64,000 nt of DNA from Rubripirellula sp. (GTDB lineage Bacteria > Planctomycetota > Planctomycetia > Pirellulales > Pirellulaceae), in NCBI GenBank assembly GCA_965216875.1, contig OZ244207.1:6119470-6183469 (forward strand), read 5' to 3'. The notes under the pieces are model-generated. The model had not been told where the DNA came from, ran no database searches, and saw nothing but the letters and a program-made list of their open reading frames with translations. Below, piece by piece: positions 47,531 to 56,020 of this stretch. Position 1 is the first letter of the stretch, and each line of letters begins with the position of its first letter. The translations under genes were made by a program, and so were the position numbers.

Positions 47531-48445
47531 CTACTCCGTTTTGCGATTGCGTCTTCTTTGGTAGAGCAATCCGAAAACGAAGACACCGGCCAAGGAGACA
47601 ACGCTTGATGGTTCCGGCACTGCCGCGACGTTGTTGAACACGCCAACCCCGGCCGTGCTACCGTCGGAACCATCACCGAGGCGGAAATCGAATCCGCCAC
47701 TTCCCGAGGTCAACCAAGTATCGAAAATCGGGTTTCCCATTTCATCGACAAACGATCCGTTGCCGGGAATATCAACCAGCCTTACATACTGGATATCATC
47801 AAGCGATAGGGCACCCGACGTCACCAACGGATCAGCGGTCAAACTATCGAGGTCAAAAGGCGTGCCAAAGCCGCCAGCGTGTTTGCCTGCCAAATTGTGG
47901 ACGTTGGAAGGATCGAGTCCCGCAAACGATCGGCCGAATGGGGTGTACAGTTCCGATTCCAGATTGGTCGCGGTCGATTCAAACCTTGCGAAGTCGATCC
48001 CGTTACTTGAAACTTCGACGTAGGCGAGCTCGGCAAACAAGAACTGCGACTCATCCTCGGGCGTTCCTCCATCATCAAAGAACGAAAACCCGTTCTCGAA
48101 AATCACGAAGTCGAATCCCGCACCATTGCGGATTCCGCTCGGGAAGGTGACGGTCAAGAATCCGGGATTCACACCGGCAGCGATGTCTGCCGCATCGAGA
48201 TCACCAAGGCTGTTGACTCCGCCGGTCTGATCAATCGTCGTGCTGCCGCGTGGCCCAAAAATCGTTCGCGAAGCATCGATCAAATTCGCCCATTCGGCAA
48301 ACCTCGGATCATCGATGACGATCGCCGGATCAATGCTGTGCGCGGTGTCGGAATGCCCCGAATAGATGCCGGCCTGGCTGATGTTTGGCGTTGACAAGGC
48401 CAACGCGAACAGCGCGAAACAACGTGTAAAAACGTTCCTTTTCAT
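47531..48445 (-). CDS. Secreted PEP-CTERM sorting-domain protein
   Basis: Signal peptide: MKRNVFTRCFALFALALSTPNISQA. The C-terminus is VPEPSSVVSLAGVFVFGLLYQRRRNRKTE (PEP motif + TM + basic tail). An alternative GTG start is at 48457. Confidence 0.8.
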   Translation of the reverse strand: MKRNVFTRCFALFALALSTPNISQAGIYSGHSDTAHSIDPAIVIDDPRFAEWANLIDASRTIFGPRGSTTIDQTGGVNSLGDLDAADIAAGVNPGFLTVTFPSGIRNGAGFDFVIFENGFSFFDDGGTPEDESQFLFAELAYVEVSSNGIDFARFESTATNLESELYTPFGRSFAGLDPSNVHNLAGKHAGGFGTPFDLDSLTADPLVTSGALSLDDIQYVRLVDIPGNGSFVDEMGNPIFDTWLTSGSGGFDFRLGDGSDGSTAGVGVFNNVAAVPEPSSVVSLAGVFVFGLLYQRRRNRKTE

Positions 48446-48864
48446 GACAATACTCACGGAAGATGCGCAGCCGTCCTCACGTTCTTTTACGGAGGAATCT
48501 GTTGGTGCGCAATCGATAACAAAGCATCCGGCATCAACCCATTGGCTGACGCCGCAACGATCGCCCTAACCCTAGAGAGCACTCAATCGTCTAGCTTGAG
48601 GTAGGTCTTCTGACTCACTGCCCTGATTGCACTCCACCTTCTCACTCGCGTTGGCAAGCAATGGCATGAAAGAACGTGCATCCAGCGACGCTTCGAAAGC
48701 GTCAAAAGCAGTTTACAGCGGCCGGACCGTCCCGGAATTTCACCGGAGTTCCCTGTTCATCCATCGCAAAGCTATGCGACGAATCACCACAAACTGACCG
48801 AGATCATAGTCGGCCATTCGATCACCATCCAGGGACAAGTCATCAAATCGTCCCATTTGCCGAG

Positions 48865-50442
48865 TCATTCGAAATGGTCCCAATAATCGACGGCTTGCCC
48901 GGTGTTTTCGTTGTTGTCTTCAAGGCGTTTGGCTTGCTCACGCAACAGGCTGCGCATCGATTCGATGCGTTGGGCGTGTTCGCCGTGGATGGAAAGGTCA
49001 ACGGTTTCCCAGGGGTCTTCATCCACATGAAACAGCTGAGTCACTCGTGAACCGGAGACAAAGTCGCCTCGTTGTTTGTCGGCATCGGGGGCGCGAACGT
49101 ATTCGATCAGCTTATAGCCGTCGTGTCGCAACGCTCGTTGATGCTGTCGGTAGGCATGGTACGTGAAATCGCGAATTTGCGACTGCTTGCCTTGGATCAC
49201 CGATTGCAAACTCTTTCCAGTCATCGACTTTGGCTTTTCGACACCCGCCAAATCACAGATCGTCGGGCTGATGTCGTGTGTGTAGCAGAGTGCGTCGACG
49301 ACCTGCCCCCTCGAGTGAATATTGCCACCCGAAATGATGAAGGGAACATGAACGCCGTCCTCGTCGTAAACGTTCTGCTTGCCCATCAATCCATGGCATC
49401 CAACGGCCAAGCCGCTATCACCGGCCAAGACGACCAGCGTGTTGTCGTATTGGCCCGTCGCTTTCAAACCTTCCACGACTCGCCCAATTTGTGCATCCAG
49501 GTGGGTGATGATCGAGTAATAGTCGGCAAGTTGTTGCTGGCGATCTTTGAGAGTGCGTGGAAAGGGCGCGAGTTGTTCGTCGCGGATCACCATGTGCCCA
49601 TTGTCAAACGGATGCTGCGGCATGGTCGAAGGTGGTAATTTCATCTCATCGACCCGATACATGTCGCGATATTGCTTTGGCGCTTGCCGTGGATCGTGGG
49701 GCGCGTGAAACGCCAAGTACATGAAGAAAGGGTTTGTTGCTTTGTTCGATGCTTGGCGATCTTCAAAAAACTTGATCGCGCTATCGGCAAAGATCTCGGA
49801 AGTGTGCGGCCCCGTTGCTTCCGTCGCGATCGGTCCACGTTGATCGCTCTTGGAAAACGGGCGGCGTCTGACATTGCCATCCTCGTCATACTCCAAAAGG
49901 TACGCATCTTGTGGCCGGTACCGTTTTGGCTCCTCCGTCTTCCAATCCCAGAGCGGCATCCGAAAGTGATCGACCAGGTAGGCGCCGAGCCCCATCACGG
50001 TGCGTCCATCATCAAAGCAACGCGCCAGTGAAGCTTGGTCTTGATGCCACTTGCCAACGATCGCTGTGTCGTAACCGGCCGCCTTGAACGCTTGGCTGAT
50101 GGTCGTGTGCTCGGCCGGAATCGTTCGACCATCGCGATGTAGGTCAAACAAGTTGCGTCCGGTAAGCAGCATCGCCCGACTTGGTACGCACGTCGCCCCC
50201 AAGAACGACCCCATCAAATAGGTTCGGCGAAACGTGATTCCCTCTTTGGCGAGCGAGTCAATGTTTGGCGTTTGGACTTGGTGACCGCCGAGCGCGCCAA
50301 CTCCACTGGCACGATGGTCGTCGGTGTAGATCAAGAGCACGTTTGGGCGGTCAACGGCGTGGGCCAGTTGCGCAGTGCTCGCGAGGATGGTGACCACGGC
50401 CGCCAAGAACGCCAATCGGCGGAGGCTTACTAAACGATTCAA
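48865..50442 (-). CDS. Sulfatase (Cys-type)
   Basis: Family blocks: PNVLLIYTDDHR and the signature ATCVPSRAMLLTG. I prefer TTG 50442, one base after the upstream TAA, which gives the signal NRLVSLRRLAFLAAVVTILASTAQLAHA. The track start at 50568 would overlap the GH28 gene by 125 nt. Confidence 0.85.
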   Translation of the reverse strand: MNRLVSLRRLAFLAAVVTILASTAQLAHAVDRPNVLLIYTDDHRASGVGALGGHQVQTPNIDSLAKEGITFRRTYLMGSFLGATCVPSRAMLLTGRNLFDLHRDGRTIPAEHTTISQAFKAAGYDTAIVGKWHQDQASLARCFDDGRTVMGLGAYLVDHFRMPLWDWKTEEPKRYRPQDAYLLEYDEDGNVRRRPFSKSDQRGPIATEATGPHTSEIFADSAIKFFEDRQASNKATNPFFMYLAFHAPHDPRQAPKQYRDMYRVDEMKLPPSTMPQHPFDNGHMVIRDEQLAPFPRTLKDRQQQLADYYSIITHLDAQIGRVVEGLKATGQYDNTLVVLAGDSGLAVGCHGLMGKQNVYDEDGVHVPFIISGGNIHSRGQVVDALCYTHDISPTICDLAGVEKPKSMTGKSLQSVIQGKQSQIRDFTYHAYRQHQRALRHDGYKLIEYVRAPDADKQRGDFVSGSRVTQLFHVDEDPWETVDLSIHGEHAQRIESMRSLLREQAKRLEDNNENTGQAVDYWDHFE

Positions 50443-50443
50443 G

Positions 50444-52060
50444 TTAGTTGTCCTTTCGAAGTGTCTTAAAGCTGTTCTTCGATTTCGCACGGTTGCTGTC
50501 CGATACAACAATGTCACGAGAATGCTCGCGATCGACAAGAACGAACACATCGCTGTCGCCCGAAGCATGACAATTCCGAATCAAAGCCTCGGAAACGGCC
50601 TGCAGCCGGATATCGGACTCGGCGCCCTCGGCGACGCGCATGGAAACCGCGTTGATATCCAAATGTGCAACGTCGTCGCAAACGATCGCTGGACGTGCGT
50701 CGGGATCTTTGGATGAGATTTGCACGTTGTTCAACGTCAAACCATCGACATGACGAGCATAGATGCCGTGCGTGGGAACGGTTTTGCCAAACCGCACGTA
50801 TTCGGGCCACCAACCTTCGAGAACTTCGGGCGTCATCTCATTCAATACGCGTTGCCCACCTGTTTCACTGTCGCCACCACCGCCCGTGACCAGTTGCAAA
50901 TCACTGATGAGGACATCCTCGATCGAATGACCTGGCATGCCGGTGATCATGATTGCCGAATCGGCGCCGCACATCGACGAGTCGACACGAATTCCGTCAA
51001 AAACGAACCCCTTCATTTGGTTCATTGGCATGAGCTGGTCTTCGGGACTATCGACACACGCTCGCTGCTGGCAAAAGGTCATGAAGATTGGACGGGGAAC
51101 GTTTTGCATGACGAGATTCGAAAACACCATGTTCTTCATCGCGCCTCCCTCGCACATTTGAATCTTCAACCCCGAGTCGTCGATATCGCGAAAGACACAG
51201 TCGCTGACGGTCACGTTGTTGAAATCGCCAAGCGACAACAAACCGATTCGAATCCCCGCCCACTTCGATATGAAGATACAGTTGGTGATCGTCACGTTTT
51301 CGCAAGGCTGGTCCTTGCGTGAGGCTTGCAAACAAATCGAATCATCACTGGTGTCAAACGCGCTGTTGCTGACACGCACATTCTTGCAACCGTCGAAATC
51401 AAGCCCGTCGCCGTTGTGATTGACTCGGCTGCTAATCGTAATCCCGTCAACGACGATGTCGTCACAGTAAAGCCAAGCCGACGTCCACGCGGCGGGGTTC
51501 TTGAGCGTGATGTCTCGCATGCGAATCCGCGAACACTCGACAAAGCGAATCAACATCGGACGATACTTTTTGGGGTCGCCCTTGTTCGGAAAGAGATACT
51601 TGTGCCCTGGTTGTCCCAACCGCCCTTCACCGCCCCGACCATTGATGATCCCGTTACCTTCAATCGCGAAGCCCGTCGCGTTTTTGGCGAAGATCAGGCA
51701 ACGATCCATGTGCGGCTCGTTCTTGTACATATTCTTGTGCGTGCCGGCGGCGTAGTCGGCGATCTTTGTGCTGCCGAGCAGTTCGGCGCCCGCTTCGACC
51801 CGCAGTGTCACATGACTCTTCATGTGGATCGTTCCCGTGACGTATTGGCCGCCCGCAACGAGCACAACGCCGCCCCCTGTTCGACTGCATTGGTCAATTG
51901 CCTTTTGGATCGCCTCAGTGCAAACCGTTTCGCCGTCAGCTACAGCCCCGTAACGACGAATGTCATGCAGCGTCGGTTCATCGGCACTCACTGCGAGACA
52001 TGCGAAGAGTAGCTGGGTCACAAAAGCAAGAACGAGCGGTTGTCGTTTTGAATTCATCAA
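50444..52060 (-). CDS. Glycoside hydrolase family 28-like (polygalacturonase-type right-handed beta-helix)
   Basis: Signal peptide: MMNSKRQPLVLAFVTQLLFACLAVSA. Family blocks: YGAVADGETVCTEAIQKAIDQC, NHNGDGLDFDGC, FDTSDDSICLQ. Confidence 0.8.
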   Translation of the reverse strand: MMNSKRQPLVLAFVTQLLFACLAVSADEPTLHDIRRYGAVADGETVCTEAIQKAIDQCSRTGGGVVLVAGGQYVTGTIHMKSHVTLRVEAGAELLGSTKIADYAAGTHKNMYKNEPHMDRCLIFAKNATGFAIEGNGIINGRGGEGRLGQPGHKYLFPNKGDPKKYRPMLIRFVECSRIRMRDITLKNPAAWTSAWLYCDDIVVDGITISSRVNHNGDGLDFDGCKNVRVSNSAFDTSDDSICLQASRKDQPCENVTITNCIFISKWAGIRIGLLSLGDFNNVTVSDCVFRDIDDSGLKIQMCEGGAMKNMVFSNLVMQNVPRPIFMTFCQQRACVDSPEDQLMPMNQMKGFVFDGIRVDSSMCGADSAIMITGMPGHSIEDVLISDLQLVTGGGGDSETGGQRVLNEMTPEVLEGWWPEYVRFGKTVPTHGIYARHVDGLTLNNVQISSKDPDARPAIVCDDVAHLDINAVSMRVAEGAESDIRLQAVSEALIRNCHASGDSDVFVLVDREHSRDIVVSDSNRAKSKNSFKTLRKDN

Positions 52061-52103
52061 TTGGCTCGCAACATATGGAATAGCACTCTCTTGGTTACTC
52101 GAT

Positions 52104-52131
52104 GTGAGCCGAACGCGCCAGCGTCGGGCCC
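52104..52131. repeat. Module A copy with one mismatch
   Basis: GTGAGCCGAACGCGCcAGCGTCGGGCCC. The core is 52106-52130 and position 52119 is C instead of T. Confidence 0.9.
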
Positions 52132-52353
52132 TAATCCTAGCTGCCGGTAGGCAACAAGGGCACGAGGCCCCACGGCCAGCCGCTCACGCGCACGGCCGTC
52201 GCTGAGCAAGCAGTTGCTCTGGTGCACGCTGCTTTCGCGGAGCGAAAGGCGACGCTGTCGACCAACCCCAAGGAGAAGCTGACGATACCTGGAAAGTGCG
52301 CCAGTACCAGTGGGATCCCAAAATCGCTCTGCACCTCTGGAAAACAAAAAAGC

Positions 52354-52393
52354 GTCAAGAACCTCTTGACACATTCCGATAACGGCATATAAA
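52354..52393 (+). promoter_or_regulatory. Candidate ArsR operator (7-3-7 inverted repeat) overlapping a TTGACA-N16-TATAAA promoter
   Basis: GTCAAGA (52354-52360), acc, TCTTGAC (52364-52370). TTGACA is at 52366-52371 and TATAAA at 52388-52393. The ATG is at 52400. Confidence 0.5.
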
Positions 52394-52399
52394 TAAGTC

Positions 52400-52786
52400 A
52401 TGGCAAGATCAGCGACGACAACCGATGCGTTTAACGCGATTTCTGAAGTACGACGGCGAGAAATCCTTGGGCTCTTGGCCCAGCAGGAGCAGTCGGTCGG
52501 CGATCTGGTCGACTCGATGGGACTCACTCAACCGCAAGTCTCCAAGCACCTTCGGGTATTGCGCGAGGTTGGACTGGTGAAAGTTCGCGAAGAAGGGCGT
52601 CATCGTTGGTATCGCATCGATGCTCAACAGCTCAAACCGATCTACGACTGGGTTCGCACCTTTGAAGCGTTTTGGGATCACCAACTCTCGTCTGTCAAAG
52701 CGCGTGCCGAAGCAAAGGCGCGGTCTGCCAACGATCGCGCAAAATCTGGGACTTCCTCACGAAAATCAACAAGAAAAGGGACCTAA
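52400..52786 (+). CDS. ArsR/SmtB-family transcriptional regulator
   Basis: Winged-HTH core: FNAISEVRRREILGLLAQQEQSVGDLVDSMGLTQPQVSKHLRVLREVGLVKVREEGRHRWYRI. Confidence 0.9.
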   Translation: MARSATTTDAFNAISEVRRREILGLLAQQEQSVGDLVDSMGLTQPQVSKHLRVLREVGLVKVREEGRHRWYRIDAQQLKPIYDWVRTFEAFWDHQLSSVKARAEAKARSANDRAKSGTSSRKSTRKGT

Positions 52787-52789
52787 TCC

Positions 52790-53233
52790 ATGGTTGCTGC
52801 GGCCGAAACTTCACCCACGTCCTTGCGCATTGAGCGCACCATCGAAATCAACGCTCCCATCGGCATCACATACGAAGTGCTGCTGGCTCAGCTTGGACCT
52901 GATAATGAGATGCACGACGGAACGCCAATGCCGATGAAGTTTGAAGCCTTTCCCGGCGGTCGCTGGTTTCGCGATCTCGGTGATGGCGCCGGTCACTGGT
53001 GGGGTTCAGTGCAAGTGATCAAGCCACCTAAGTTGATTGAAATTCACGGCCCCATGTTCATGTCCTACCCGGCGCTTTCGCACATCCAATACCGGCTGGT
53101 CGAAGGTGACGGCCAAACCACGATCCAGTTCCTTCACCGCGCCATCGGTGAACTCGATCCCAACCATGTCGCTGGCGTCCATCAAGGCTGGGAACATCAC
53201 CTCGGCAAAATCAAGACTTGCGCCGAGGCGTGA
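52790..53233 (+). CDS. SRPBCC/AHSA1-like (START-fold) protein
   Basis: It begins 3 nt after the ArsR stop, a gene pairing typical of ArsR. Family-like sequence: LRIERTIEINAPIGITYEVLL...GGRWFRDLGDGAGHWWG.V..IKPP.LIE..G. Confidence 0.75.
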   Translation: MVAAAETSPTSLRIERTIEINAPIGITYEVLLAQLGPDNEMHDGTPMPMKFEAFPGGRWFRDLGDGAGHWWGSVQVIKPPKLIEIHGPMFMSYPALSHIQYRLVEGDGQTTIQFLHRAIGELDPNHVAGVHQGWEHHLGKIKTCAEA

Positions 53234-53427
53234 TGTTGAGTTCTTGTGCCTTCGTCGAAGCAAAGCGAGCTGTCCTTTTATTGAAAAGGACGCGGGAAAA
53301 AAGGCCTCGTGCCTCATCCACCACTGCATGCTTCCCCCTTTTTTTGCATCAACACATGCCGTTATGGGCATCTCTTTAGTAACGACCACTTCCTTTTCAT
53401 TGTTTCCCTGTTTGGAGGATTTGCACG

Positions 53428-53940
53428 ATGGCAACGCAAACTGCATTGTCGATTTCACAACTGGCCATTGAACAGCTCAACGGTTCGCGCCGATTTGTCT
53501 TAGGTTTGATCGAAACGCTCACCGACGAGCAATTGATCGTTCGCGCAGCAGGTAGCACGGGCAACCATGCACTGTGGGTCATGGGACACCTCGCTCTTGG
53601 CGAAGACCGTTTCGTTTCGTCATTTCATGGCGTCGACGAAGTGCTACCGCAAGAGCACCGTGACCTATTCGATGTTGGTACCACACCAAAGGCTAACGCG
53701 GACGACTATCCAAGTCGCGGTGAACTGCTTCGGCGGCTCGACACGATGCGCGCTCGGACGATTGATTGGGTTGCTGCGATGAACTCTGATTCCCTTTGGC
53801 AGCCATCACCTGAATCGCTCGCCCATGTCGCTCCGAATGCGATTTCGGCCGCCTACACACTGGCCAACCACGACTTCCTGCACGCGGGTCAGCTGGCCAC
53901 CATCCGAGCCTCACTCGGTATGAAACCGTTGATGATGTAG
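53428..53940 (+). CDS. DinB-family (DinB_2/DUF664-like) four-helix-bundle protein
   Basis: GGAGGA lies 9 nt upstream of the ATG. Family-like sequence: LTDEQLIVRAAGSTGNHALWVMGHLALGED...ANHDFLHAGQLATIR. Confidence 0.75.
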   Translation: MATQTALSISQLAIEQLNGSRRFVLGLIETLTDEQLIVRAAGSTGNHALWVMGHLALGEDRFVSSFHGVDEVLPQEHRDLFDVGTTPKANADDYPSRGELLRRLDTMRARTIDWVAAMNSDSLWQPSPESLAHVAPNAISAAYTLANHDFLHAGQLATIRASLGMKPLMM

Positions 53941-54184
53941 CCCCCGGTTGCTGGTCCATGCGGGTGAAGCCTGAAAATGACGGGGCTCCACCCGCGAGCG
54001 ACCTTGACAGATCGCTTTCTTGATTGCGAACGCGTGATGATCGGAAGTGAGCAAAGCACGCCGTCATTGTTTATCTTAGATCAACAAGCTTTGGTATCCA
54101 ACAACGAACACCTGACTGTTGATCTTCGGCTGCTCGCTTCGAGACGGCGAACTTCCCTCACAAACGCGAAAGCGATCTTTGTAA

Positions 54185-55570
54185 ATGAGTGCTGTGAACT
54201 TGCTCCGTCGTCACGTCGTCCATGCGGCAGTCGTCCTCTTGCTGGGACTTGCACCCGCCGCATTTGCAAACGCCCAAGAATCATCGGCCGCGCGGTCCGA
54301 ACAGATCCGCCAGTATATCCGTCTTCTCGGCGAACACGACAAGTTCATGGGGGCCGTCACGATCTCAATCGACGGCAAGGAATTGGCAAGCGCTCAGACG
54401 GGCATCTACTCTCATAGCGATGCATCGTCGGCGGAATCAAATGCCGAAACAAAGTTTCGCGTCGGCTCGATCACCAAAACTTTCACTGCGGTGATGATTC
54501 TGCAGCTCGTCGAAGAAGACAAGCTCTCGCTCGACACACCGCTCGCAAAGTTCTTTCCCAACATCGGCGATGCTGAAAACATCACGATCGAACACCTGTT
54601 GCGACATCGCAGCGGCTTGGGAAGTGTGACCGACGATCCATCCTATCGAGTTTGGCACACCAAGGCACAAACCCGCGACAAGATGCTCGAACTCATCGCG
54701 GCGCAACCGAAACGCTTCGAGCCTGATGAGCGCACCCAATACAGCAACACAAACTATCTGTTGCTGGGCTACATCATCGAGGCGGTCTCCGAGAAAACTT
54801 ACGGCGAGGAACTCAAGACTCGCATCGTCGATCGACTTGGGCTGAAACACACTGGCTACGCGACCCTTGCCGATGCCGAGCGCAATGTTGCATGTTCGTT
54901 TCGATGGAATGGCAAACAGTGGACGCCAAGTAGCGAAACTCATCCCTCTGTTCCTCACGGCGCCGGTGCGATCATGTCGACGTCGTCCGACCTGGTCCGA
55001 TTCATCGAAGGTTTGTTCGCGGGTGAATTGATCTCGAAGCCAACACTCGACGAAATGACTTCGCTTGTGAATCGCGTTGGATTGGGAATCATGCGAATGC
55101 GAGCCGGCGAGACACCTGGGTTTGGACATCACGGCGGCATCGACGGATTTCGTTCAACCGTTCAATACTATCCAGAGGATAAAATTGCGTTCGCCGTCGT
55201 CGGTAATGGATTCAATTACTCGTCGAACGACATCATTTCTGCGTTGGCCAGAATCGCCTTCGATCTCGAATTCGAAATGCCCTCGCTCGAAGCCTTCGAT
55301 GTCCCGGTCGAGACCTTGAAAGGGTACGAAGGCAATTACGCATCGGACGAGATCCCTATGAAGATCACGATCAAGGTCGATGATCAAACACTCACCGCAC
55401 AAGCCACAGGCCAACCCGCGATTCCCCTTACCGCAAGCAGCTCGGTCGACTTTGCCTTCGACGCGGTCGGAGTGAAAATCAGCTTTGACGAATCGGCCAA
55501 AGAGTCCGGTGTCGACTCATTCACGCTTCGACAGGCGGGCCGCGAGATTCGCTTCTCGAAAGAGAAGTAG
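54185..55570 (+). CDS. Secreted serine hydrolase of the beta-lactamase/PBP (class C-like esterase) family
   Basis: Signal: ...VVLLLGLAPAAFANAQ. S-x-x-K motif: FRVGSITKTF. Y-x-N motif: YSNTNY. The KTG-equivalent is GHHGG. Confidence 0.85.
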   Translation: MSAVNLLRRHVVHAAVVLLLGLAPAAFANAQESSAARSEQIRQYIRLLGEHDKFMGAVTISIDGKELASAQTGIYSHSDASSAESNAETKFRVGSITKTFTAVMILQLVEEDKLSLDTPLAKFFPNIGDAENITIEHLLRHRSGLGSVTDDPSYRVWHTKAQTRDKMLELIAAQPKRFEPDERTQYSNTNYLLLGYIIEAVSEKTYGEELKTRIVDRLGLKHTGYATLADAERNVACSFRWNGKQWTPSSETHPSVPHGAGAIMSTSSDLVRFIEGLFAGELISKPTLDEMTSLVNRVGLGIMRMRAGETPGFGHHGGIDGFRSTVQYYPEDKIAFAVVGNGFNYSSNDIISALARIAFDLEFEMPSLEAFDVPVETLKGYEGNYASDEIPMKITIKVDDQTLTAQATGQPAIPLTASSSVDFAFDAVGVKISFDESAKESGVDSFTLRQAGREIRFSKEK

Positions 55571-55601
55571 ACATCCTCTCGGAGAGGCCGTGAGTTTCTC
55601 C

Positions 55602-55834
55602 TGAGCCGAACGCGCTAGCGTCGGGCCTTACAAGGCTCGGGCCTTTCTGGGTTGGTGTGACACAATACCGGTGGCTAGCGGCTTGCGAAAGAGAAGGACG
55701 CGGAGCGTCCCAAGAATGCGTTACCACGCAGAGCGTGGTAACGAGGTGGGCTGTTACCGAGCTTTAGCCGGAATCTTCTCCCAATCCGCGGAAAGGCGGG
55801 GCGACGAACGATACTGACGGCCTTTTCGAGGCCG
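55602..55834. repeat. Largest mosaic of REP-like modules (A, D, two extra hairpins, C, further hairpins)
   Basis: Module A is at 55603-55627 and module D (GGTGGCTAGCGGCTTGC) at 55670-55686. The GGACGC-GGA-GCGTCC hairpin is at 55696-55710. The TTACCACGC-AGA-GCGTGGTAA hairpin is at 55721-55741. Module C (TACCGAGCTTTAGCCGGAATCTTCTC) is at 55755-55780. The CGGCC-TTTTCGA-GGCCG hairpin is at 55818-55834. Confidence 0.9.
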
Positions 55835-56020
55835 CAATTCCCAAAATCGACAAACTCCGTTGTTTTAAGCGAATCCTGAATCAGACTGGTGGGGTTCAAT
55901 TTCCCAATCCTTCCATTGGAAAATTGCCCCCACATTCGGTCGAGGAAGTGCGAAGCGCGCTCCTGATCGTCCCACCTTTCGCGTCGATTTGACTGCCGCT
56001 GCTTCGGAGTATTCCTAGGT

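Noticed and set aside
48693-48710. Palindrome GACGCTTCGAAAGCGTC as a terminator of the sulfatase gene
   Set aside because: No U-tract follows on either strand, and it lies 155 nt from the stop. It is kept only as an unexplained short palindrome.
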